This document shows, in pieces, positions 48,351-53,993 of a stretch of 53,993 nucleotides of DNA; within the stretch, counting starts at the first letter, position 1, and each line of letters opens with the position of its first letter. Origin of the DNA: Thermoprotei archaeon (GTDB lineage: Archaea; Thermoproteota; Thermoprotei; Thermofilales; B69-G16); NCBI GenBank assembly GCA_003649235.1, contig QMRG01000001.1, positions 1 to 53,993 of the forward strand, given 5' to 3'. A program made the position numbers and the translations under genes. The notes beneath the pieces are model-generated. The model was not told where the DNA came from. It saw nothing but the letters and a program-made list of their open reading frames with translations, and made no database searches.

Positions 48351-48713
48351 CTAAAAGCAGACCTCTTTCGGCTTCGACCAGCCGCTGTCTCGGTAAAATA
48401 TGCGCGACATGAGATAGCCTGAGTCAGCCTGCAATATTAGTTTCGCCCACTGCTCTTTGTGCTTGCCACAGTTGCACATAACGACTCCGTCAGGAGGAAT
48501 CTCCAATATCACACACGGATAGTTATCATGGTCATGACATGGTCTACGAATCCTGTAGTGGAGCTCGATGCGCAGTGTGCCGTCACGCTTCTTGAATATC
48601 GTGATGCCATAGTCGTCATGCGCTAAAGATAAGACGCCTCCAGTCTCGGTAATGGTACCGAACTCTGTATCGACTTTATCGATTACGCATCTTACCTTGA
48701 CTGTAGTTTTCAC
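48351..48713 (-). CDS. hypothetical protein
   Basis: GGAGGTGGA is followed after 4 nt by the GTG. 120 aa. Confidence 0.45.
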   Translation of the reverse strand: MKTTVKVRCVIDKVDTEFGTITETGGVLSLAHDDYGITIFKKRDGTLRIELHYRIRRPCHDHDNYPCVILEIPPDGVVMCNCGKHKEQWAKLILQADSGYLMSRIFYRDSGWSKPKEVCF

Positions 48714-48831
48714 TCAGTCCACCTCCATGTCGCCTTCTAAAGGCTCTTACGATCTTCCGTATCTCGTCGACGTCCTGTTGAAGCTCCTCCATACCGAAGT
48801 CGTCTACATCAATCAGAGGTTTTCGCATCAT
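48676..48831 (-). CDS. 51-aa ORF missed by the track
   Basis: GGGAGGTGGA precedes ATG 48831 (ATGA overlap). The product begins MMRKPLIDVDDFGMEELQQDVDEIRKIVRAFRRRHGGG... Confidence 0.35.
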   Translation of the reverse strand: MMRKPLIDVDDFGMEELQQDVDEIRKIVRAFRRRHGGGLSENYSQGKMRNR

Positions 48832-49049
48832 TCCACCTCCCAGAGGTCTGCAAAGAAGCGTAGCAGTGCTGCAGGATCAAGTCTGTCCTCTGAGACGACG
48901 TAATACTCGGTTAGTATTCGTACGGCCTTAAAGATGGCATCGTCGAGCTCTTGATAGCTTGCCTCGTCATGTCGCTCTTTAACCTTCAGTGCAGCCTTCT
49001 CAACTGCACGGACAGCCTCGATCACATCCTCGATGTTACGATAGTACAT
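48828..49049 (-). CDS. hypothetical protein
   Basis: GGAGG is followed after 8 nt by the ATG. 73 aa. Confidence 0.45.
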   Translation of the reverse strand: MYYRNIEDVIEAVRAVEKAALKVKERHDEASYQELDDAIFKAVRILTEYYVVSEDRLDPAALLRFFADLWEVE

Positions 49050-49050
49050 T

Positions 49051-49320
49051 TCACTTGCCTCCGAAGAGTGCCTCTATCGGAATCATGTGCAGGACTTCTG
49101 CAAGTCTAGCCCTAATAGCATTCACGAAAGACTCATCGTCATCATTCTTGGGTAGCCTCATTGAGCAGCCCTGGATGTACTCCTCGCCCTTGTAGTTAAC
49201 CTCATAGAAAATGAAGATCAGTGCTCGGCGTGCCTTGAATGCTCGCTTCAGATGCCAGTCTAGCACTGCCTGAGAGTCGCCTTTTATCTGTTCGGGTAAC
49301 TTCTCAAAAGTCAGAGACAA
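49051..49320 (-). CDS. hypothetical protein
   Basis: AGGAGGTG is followed after 6 nt by TTG 49320. The upstream part of the track ORF is occupied by a 5'-UTR hairpin, GTGAGAGAG-CAAAC-CTCTCTCAC. Confidence 0.4.
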   Translation of the reverse strand: MSLTFEKLPEQIKGDSQAVLDWHLKRAFKARRALIFIFYEVNYKGEEYIQGCSMRLPKNDDDESFVNAIRARLAEVLHMIPIEALFGGK

Positions 49321-49414
49321 GGCTACCACCTCCTGACTGCCGGTGAGAGAGGTTTGCTCTCTCACTCGGCCAGAAAGGCTCCCTTGAAGTGTTTACCCCC
49401 GAAAAGATTACGGT

Positions 49415-49432
49415 GTTTGCGTATTTAAAGTT
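49415..49432 (-). promoter_or_regulatory. archaeal TATA-box promoter (GCAAAC TTTAAATA)
   Basis: The - strand reads CCGCAAACTTTAAATACGC. It lies about 60 nt upstream of a 9-bp 5'-UTR hairpin (49343..49365) and the SD of gene 49051..49320. Confidence 0.4.
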
Positions 49433-49763
49433 TGCGGATGATGCCGCAATTTGGGCATTTGTAGTAGCGGCGGCCGAGGCAGATCATGGGCACTTTGCAT
49501 CTCGGGCAGAGGTGCTCGGAGAAGTAACCTCTGACTTCTGTTGGAAGGTGCGGCTTTTGGATCTCGCTCGGATAGATGAAGTGTCGTCCGAGGAATCTCT
49601 GTAGGCTGCGACGGCGAATCTGGATGATGCAGCCGTCTTCGGTTTGGTAGACGAAGACGCCTTGGTGTTCGCCAAGGAACTTCGAAATACGGACGCTATA
49701 CAACGGGCAGCCGTCGAACCATCTAACGGTGATAGATCTTGGAAAGTTCTGCGGGTTCTTCAA
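49425..49763 (-). CDS. protein with C-terminal zinc ribbon
   Basis: GAGGTG is followed after 7 nt by the TTG. The Cys motif is LCPRCKVPM..KCPNCG. Confidence 0.45.
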   Translation of the reverse strand: MKNPQNFPRSITVRWFDGCPLYSVRISKFLGEHQGVFVYQTEDGCIIQIRRRSLQRFLGRHFIYPSEIQKPHLPTEVRGYFSEHLCPRCKVPMICLGRRYYKCPNCGIIRKL

Positions 49764-49884
49764 TACGTAGCACCTCAGGGTGTAGACGCATGTATTCGAG
49801 GATAGCGTCGATGAGCTTGTGACGTGCGCAGACGAAATTGACGGTGCGAAAGCCGCCGTTAGTGAGACGGATCTTCACTTTCAT
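49723..49884 (-). CDS. 53-aa ORF missed by the track
   Basis: AGAGGTGGAGTCTCC precedes ATG 49884 (ATGA overlap). The product is MKVKIRLTNGGFRTVNFVCARHKLIDAILEYMRLHPEVLRIEEPAELSKIYHR. Confidence 0.4.
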   Translation of the reverse strand: MKVKIRLTNGGFRTVNFVCARHKLIDAILEYMRLHPEVLRIEEPAELSKIYHR

Positions 49885-50258
49885 GGAGACTCCACCTCTG
49901 CGACTGGAACCAGCGAGACAAATCGGCCTTCGAGGAAGCCTTCCTGTAGCAGGATTCGCAGTGCGCGCTTAAGTCTTTTCTGCCACCACTGATAGTAGAG
50001 CTTGTCACGCTCTTCAGGCGGTAAACCACGTATCTTGCGCAGGAGATAAGCTTCTCGAACATTCCTACCCAGCAGGTAGGCTTTGCGGCTTCTGTGTTCA
50101 GGTTGCTCTATCGTATAGACGACGGTGCCATCAAACGCCTGAACGAGTAGCTTGTTGCGCAGGTAACCGTGCACTATGCAGCACGTCTTCACTTTGCACT
50201 TCGAGGCTATCCTCTCGAAGTCTTCCCAATGTTCAAGGCGGACTTCTGGCACGAACAC
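49881..50258 (-). CDS. hypothetical protein
   Basis: GAGGAGGTGACAGACC precedes the GTG. Confidence 0.45.
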   Translation of the reverse strand: MFVPEVRLEHWEDFERIASKCKVKTCCIVHGYLRNKLLVQAFDGTVVYTIEQPEHRSRKAYLLGRNVREAYLLRKIRGLPPEERDKLYYQWWQKRLKRALRILLQEGFLEGRFVSLVPVAEVESP

Positions 50259-50264
50259 GGTCTG

Positions 50265-50555
50265 TCACCTCCTCATGATGAGTGCTACAACTCTATCCTT
50301 TTCGAGAGCACGCGCTACGAACTCATCGAAGCTCGAGTACACCATCGAATCAGTCGATCCTTGCTGCACCTTCCAGTCTGCAAAGGCCTTCCTGTCAACT
50401 AGCGTTAGCTCATCATCTACCCGTACGAGTGCTGCTATGACTTCCTGTAGCCGTCCAAGCAACTGCCGCTTTGTCTCTGCATCGAACGTATCGGTCCACG
50501 GAAAGATCACTTCAACGTCATCATAGAAGTCAGTCCCACAGTTCACAAACTTCAT
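50265..50555 (-). CDS. hypothetical protein
   Basis: GAGGAGGGAAAACC precedes the ATG. Confidence 0.45.
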   Translation of the reverse strand: MKFVNCGTDFYDDVEVIFPWTDTFDAETKRQLLGRLQEVIAALVRVDDELTLVDRKAFADWKVQQGSTDSMVYSSFDEFVARALEKDRVVALIMRR

Positions 50556-50908
50556 GGTTTTCCCTCCTCAAACAGCTCCTCCGCCATTTCATGTAAGTCC
50601 TGTAACAGGTTAATCCAGTAGATCTTGAAGTCCGGCAAGAGTGCCTGCAAATCAAAGCATCCATTCATCACGTCGATTGCACGCTTCGACTTGAAGTCGA
50701 CGATCACACAGTTCCAGTAGTCGACACGTATGACGTCCTCTTCGAGCTCATAGTCCGTCTCAACACCCCGTCTTTTCGCATCTTCAATCACTTCACGGAT
50801 GCAGTCGACGGACTGCTCTCTCAGCACCTGCATGATCGCCGAATAGTGCGCATATATCCCGTAGATCTTCCCATTGGGCAGTCTCACTGTCGCCGTCATA
50901 TATGTCAT
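50552..50908 (-). CDS. hypothetical protein
   Basis: GAGGAGGACGATGCG precedes the ATG. Confidence 0.45.
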   Translation of the reverse strand: MTYMTATVRLPNGKIYGIYAHYSAIMQVLREQSVDCIREVIEDAKRRGVETDYELEEDVIRVDYWNCVIVDFKSKRAIDVMNGCFDLQALLPDFKIYWINLLQDLHEMAEELFEEGKP

Positions 50909-51099
50909 CGCATCGTCCTCCTCATCGCATCAAGTAGGCGCTTCGCATCCGCCTTTCCGACAAGCTTCTCCTGACGCGCCCGCAACTTCAGCGACTGTGT
51001 CACCGTCGGAAACTGTATCGTTGGCTTCACTTTCATCTGTCTCATTTTCCGTCTCCATCTTTCCTCTACACGTTGCCATTCATACTTCAAACACATCAC
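50905..51099 (-). CDS. hypothetical basic protein
   Basis: ORF-track ORF. Its SD and start lie inside the hairpin at 51099..51136, and the exact start is uncertain. Confidence 0.4.
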   Translation of the reverse strand: MMCLKYEWQRVEERWRRKMRQMKVKPTIQFPTVTQSLKLRARQEKLVGKADAKRLLDAMRRTMR

Positions 51100-51154
51100 C
51101 TCGGGAGGCGACCGTCTTGATCGCCTCTATCCGAGGCAGAAAAGTAGAGGGAGA

Positions 51155-51406
51155 TTAGGCGTCATTCTTTGCCTTCCAGCGTTTCTTGAGCACCTTCTGA
51201 ATGATCGTCCAGATTCCGTACCACGATGTGTGCTCAATCAGTGCCTCGATATTCGTCTTGGCATCCTCTAGAATCTCGTCCAGTATCTTCGGATCAACTT
51301 GCTTCGCCAATTGCACCTTGCTTTCAAGCGAGAGATGCTTGTGTATTTCAGTCGTAATCTCACACATCGTATCGATGACATCCTCATCCAACGGATTAAT
51401 CGGCAT
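51155..51406 (-). CDS. hypothetical protein
   Basis: GGAGGTGAG is followed after 4 nt by ATG 51406. Confidence 0.45.
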   Translation of the reverse strand: MPINPLDEDVIDTMCEITTEIHKHLSLESKVQLAKQVDPKILDEILEDAKTNIEALIEHTSWYGIWTIIQKVLKKRWKAKNDA

Positions 51407-51797
51407 CCGACTCACCTCCACAGACGATTTCGTAGTATGTCTCGGTCACAGTTCGAGTCTTAGGCACAAGCTTACATCCAGGTAGCTGCTTGATGCCGTA
51501 AATCTCAATCTCGATGCCATTATACTGTCCAGTGTATGTGGCACCGTACGAATCCGTGTCCTTCCAAAAGATTATGCCGAGCTTACGCGACAATTCGTGC
51601 GCAACGCGGAAGTCAAACGTCCGAATGTAAACCTTCGTGCTTCCGAATATCGCTTCGACGGGCCGTTCGAGTATCTGGAGAATCTTGAGCTTCAGTTCAT
51701 AGGCTCTCAGTATTCGACGACGCTGCTCTTGCAGAAGCCTGATGTCACCTTCGAATTCACGATTGATTTCCTTCTTGAGCGCACGCTTCCAGTTCAT
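51396..51797 (-). CDS. hypothetical protein
   Basis: GAGGAGGTGGAAGA precedes the ATG. Confidence 0.45.
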   Translation of the reverse strand: MNWKRALKKEINREFEGDIRLLQEQRRRILRAYELKLKILQILERPVEAIFGSTKVYIRTFDFRVAHELSRKLGIIFWKDTDSYGATYTGQYNGIEIEIYGIKQLPGCKLVPKTRTVTETYYEIVCGGESDAD

Positions 51798-52045
51798 TCT
51801 TCCACCTCCTCAACTGAGGCTTTATCTGGATGCTTCAACCCAAAGTACACTCCAAGTGAGAACGTGTAGATGACAAGGTTGGATAGGAACTCTGCCATCG
51901 CTTTGCACCTTTCCCAGTCGCCGTCACACAGCACAGTTACTGCTTGCGAAAGGTGCTTTGCATGACTCTCCATGCTGTCACCAGTCTCCTCGAGAGCCTG
52001 CTTGAGCGCATTGTAGAAGCCACCCTTATAGCGTATTCCCTTCAT
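51794..52045 (-). CDS. hypothetical protein
   Basis: GGGAGGTGAGAGA precedes the ATG. Confidence 0.45.
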   Translation of the reverse strand: MKGIRYKGGFYNALKQALEETGDSMESHAKHLSQAVTVLCDGDWERCKAMAEFLSNLVIYTFSLGVYFGLKHPDKASVEEVEE

Positions 52046-52560
52046 TCTCTCACCTCCCGGTCTTCGAGCTTCGTCGACAGCACTTCAGCGAGGCGTCCCT
52101 GGAACCAGTCGACGAGATGCTGATCGGCTATGCAGTCCTGCAGTGGTCTGTAAGCCTCTTTGCGGCCAGTAACATACACGTACCATGTCTGCAAATCGTT
52201 GAGTGGCGTCTCAGCAACATCCGACGAAATCACGAGCACACAACGCGGTCTGAATCCACCTTTCGGTCCGACACGAAGCGTAAAGAATCTCTGTCTAATT
52301 GACAGCTTGAGGAAGTTCTCATCGACATATTTCGTCCGCGCAACGATCAGCAGCGCAGTCGGCCAGTCGAACGCACTGAAGCAAATCGCAGCATACCTAT
52401 CAGGAGACGTTTCCAACACGTAGATGTTTGACAGCTTGTAGGCCTCGCTGACTTTCTGCAGCTCGTTCGAAATATTCGTTAGTTTCTGCTCGTCGAAGTC
52501 CCATATGAGTATGTGCTTGTCTCCATCCACTTCCGATGATACTCCATACGTTAGCTCCAA
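52042..52560 (-). CDS. hypothetical protein
   Basis: AGGAGGTGA is followed after 5 nt by TTG 52560. It contains a HILIWDFDEQ block. Confidence 0.45.
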   Translation of the reverse strand: MELTYGVSSEVDGDKHILIWDFDEQKLTNISNELQKVSEAYKLSNIYVLETSPDRYAAICFSAFDWPTALLIVARTKYVDENFLKLSIRQRFFTLRVGPKGGFRPRCVLVISSDVAETPLNDLQTWYVYVTGRKEAYRPLQDCIADQHLVDWFQGRLAEVLSTKLEDREVRE

Positions 52561-52620
52561 AACGGTCACCTCCTGAAGACAATCAGACGACCCAGCCACC
52601 CGAGGAGATGGTTTGCCCTC

Positions 52621-52824
52621 CTATGAAAGGGCATCTCTAAGCAACCCCAGTAAGTGATATGCTTCACGAATTAGTTGCGTAACACCGCACGCTGAACAGT
52701 AGCGGTATGTTACGTTTCGCTTGTCTACTCTTCGCAGTTCGCAGAATAGATAATCGCCTTCAGGTATGATGCAACCACATAAGGAACATTTGGTGTCACA
52801 TACAGCTCGTTCTTTCCAGAACAC
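52621..52824 (-). CDS. zinc-ribbon protein
   Basis: GAGGAGGT is followed after 7 nt by the GTG. The Cys motif is CSLCGCII..YCSACG. Confidence 0.45.
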   Translation of the reverse strand: MFWKERAVCDTKCSLCGCIIPEGDYLFCELRRVDKRNVTYRYCSACGVTQLIREAYHLLGLLRDALS

Positions 52825-52829
52825 TCCGA

Positions 52830-53021
52830 TTACCTCCTCGGAGGCTTAGTACTCTCACAACTTTCTATTAGCCAGTCAACAATTCGTTTAGGTGCTATCA
52901 CCTCAAAGGAATCTACGACTTCCTGTGTCGGACTACTCGGCACTTTTGTTGTCAGGTAGAACACCGGAGAAAATCGTGCTTCAGTATCCTCGACTATGTA
53001 GAGTCGCATGCGCTCCGTCAA
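52830..53021 (-). CDS. hypothetical protein
   Basis: AAGGTGGA is followed after 4 nt by TTG 53021 (TTGA overlap). Confidence 0.4.
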   Translation of the reverse strand: MTERMRLYIVEDTEARFSPVFYLTTKVPSSPTQEVVDSFEVIAPKRIVDWLIESCESTKPPRR

Positions 53022-53374
53022 ATCTGTCCACCTTCGAATTTCGATTTCGCCATCTCGCGTATCACCTTATTGCGCTCAAGAATGTCCTTGGCCAGATCAT
53101 CGGATTCGTCCGCATAGTCGCCCCAATCTTGCTCGTAGACGTAGCACGCCAACCACTTAAACAGAGTGTCCTTCGACACGAAGATGCAAACTTCGTCGTC
53201 CTTGCCGAGGAACTTATCGACAAGTGTTGCTATCTCACGCTTGAGACGCTCTAGCTGCTGAGCAATCAGCGCAAAGAATTCGTCCAGCGGCATTTCACGA
53301 GTCTTACCATTAACCGACATAACGATTCGCACCTCGGAGAGAGGCATCTCAATCCATTCATCGGATTCGGGCAC
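53018..53374 (-). CDS. hypothetical acidic protein
   Basis: AGGAGGTGA is followed after 5 nt by GTG 53374. Confidence 0.45.
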   Translation of the reverse strand: MPESDEWIEMPLSEVRIVMSVNGKTREMPLDEFFALIAQQLERLKREIATLVDKFLGKDDEVCIFVSKDTLFKWLACYVYEQDWGDYADESDDLAKDILERNKVIREMAKSKFEGGQI

Positions 53375-53379
53375 TCTGA

Positions 53380-53745
53380 TCACCTCCTACGAGCTCGCAG
53401 AAGCCTCATGATGAGTTTACGCTCTTCACGCGTGAATCCGCGATGACGCAGAAACGTCGAAACACTACGCAGATTCCGTACGCGAATTCGCCTTGCCAAC
53501 CACTCCACGAATCGTTTACGGTCGACGTAGTAGAAGTAGCGTGTGCCTTTTCTTGTTCCGAACCACTTCGTTTGACGAAGTCGCCTTGAACGAAATGTTA
53601 CGTCAAAACGCTTCACGGCATCACCCATCTCATGGATGACTTTCGAGACATGTGTTGCATCGACTCCAAGTGCTTCTGCAATCTCGTAATTCGTTGCGCC
53701 ACCGGCCGTCTCCAGATACTTGAGAATCTGCTTCCTGAGGCTCAT
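53380..53745 (-). CDS. winged helix-turn-helix protein with basic C-terminus
   Basis: TAATG overlap with the upstream stop. ILKYLETAGGATNYEIAEALGVDATHVSKVIHEM is HTH-like. Confidence 0.55.
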   Translation of the reverse strand: MSLRKQILKYLETAGGATNYEIAEALGVDATHVSKVIHEMGDAVKRFDVTFRSRRLRQTKWFGTRKGTRYFYYVDRKRFVEWLARRIRVRNLRSVSTFLRHRGFTREERKLIMRLLRARRR

Positions 53746-53993
53746 TACAGCTCGCCTGTGAAGACACGTAGCATGGCCATGAAGTTGTCGGTCAGGTCGA
53801 ACTCTATGCCGTACTCCTTACGTAGCTCGTCGTGATACTCATCGATGACCTTTGCGCGCTCCCTAGGTGTCTTTGCTTCTAGGTATCTGTCCTCATACTT
53901 GGCAGCGACGCGGATGCCGGTGACCATCTTTTCGGCCTCTTTCTTGATTTTTTCCACCGTCCACTTCTTGCCTGTCGGTGTAACAACAGTCCA
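53745..53993 (-). CDS. hypothetical protein, possibly 5'-truncated by window edge
   Basis: The frame stays open from GTG 53957 upstream to the window end (..WTVVTPTGKKWTVEKIKKEAE..). Confidence 0.4.
   Translation of the reverse strand, partial: WTVVTPTGKKWTVEKIKKEAEKMVTGIRVAAKYEDRYLEAKTPRERAKVIDEYHDELRKEYGIEFDLTDNFMAMLRVFTGEL

Larger units (their letters stand above)
1..53993. mobile_element. Segment of a tailed (HK97-fold capsid, tape-measure/siphovirus-like tail) archaeal virus or provirus genome
   Basis: A + strand structural operon (1..24005) converges on - strand early/replication operons (23964..53993). Archaeal hallmarks: PolB, MCM-like ATPase, XPF/ERCC4 nuclease, TBP-like protein, TATA-box promoters, oligo-T terminator and a BHB-type intron. 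GGAGGTG SD sequences and ATGA/TAATG/GTGA stop-start overlaps are pervasive. Confidence 0.7.

Noticed and set aside
51099-51136. A second BHB-type intron was considered at the bulged hairpin upstream of gene 50905..51099.
   Set aside because: Only one 3-nt bulge is present. No 4-bp helix plus opposite-strand bulge can be drawn with a supporting outer helix. The site is non-coding, so nothing would be restored by splicing.
52042-52560. A possible archaeo-eukaryotic primase / prim-pol was considered, based on HILIWDFDEQ as a DxD motif.
   Set aside because: The second and third AEP motifs (sGxGxH, hD) are not recognisable. The evidence is too thin for a functional call.
1-53993. I looked for CRISPR arrays, tRNA/rRNA genes, an integrase and att sites, and terminase and portal genes.
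   Set aside because: No regularly spaced direct repeats were seen. No cloverleaf-capable sequence was found in any intergenic gap larger than 40 nt. No Tyr/Ser recombinase, terminase (Walker A + nuclease) or portal-sized ORF was recognised. They may lie outside this window.

Overview
The window reads as most of a tailed archaeal virus or provirus genome. All calls come from reading the sequence and from remembered family motifs; no database search was possible.

Layout:
- **1..24005 (+ strand), late/structural operon.** It holds a DNA ligase/LigD-phosphoesterase fusion cut by the window edge and a prohead protease-scaffold fusion. Next come a decoration protein, an HK97-type major capsid protein followed by an oligo-T terminator, and a frameshifted AT-rich beta-helix gene. 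A LAGLIDADG-like ORF and the connector, tail tube, chaperone and tape-measure genes follow. The module ends with a 1428-aa fibre, two Asp/Tyr/His-rich fibre-associated paralogues, two radical-SAM enzymes, a glycosyltransferase and a caspase-fold-like protein.
- **23964..53993 (- strand), tightly packed early/replication genes.** These include an MCM-like ATPase, an XPF nuclease and a MazG-like protein. A full preQ0 pathway (FolE, QueD, QueE, QueC) is present with a DpdA-like transglycosylase. Also present are a Cas4-like nuclease, a family B polymerase, an OB-fold protein, a TBP-like protein, a dNK-like kinase, RNase H, an SDR, several wHTH proteins and a large number of small zinc-ribbon and membrane proteins.

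Nearly every gene has a GGAGGTG Shine-Dalgarno or an ATGA/TAATG/GTGA stop-start overlap. Three TATA-box promoters are visible. No terminase, portal, integrase, tRNA, rRNA or CRISPR array was seen.

Most notable observations:
1. A 69-nt canonical bulge-helix-bulge intron splits the Walker A motif of a Sak4-like ATPase gene. Predicted splicing restores GEPEVGKT.
2. A fibre-linked cassette of radical-SAM/SPASM enzymes plus a glycosyltransferase sits next to the D/Y/H-rich virion proteins.
3. The virus encodes a two-repeat TBP homologue.
4. 7-deazaguanine DNA-modification genes are embedded in the replication module.
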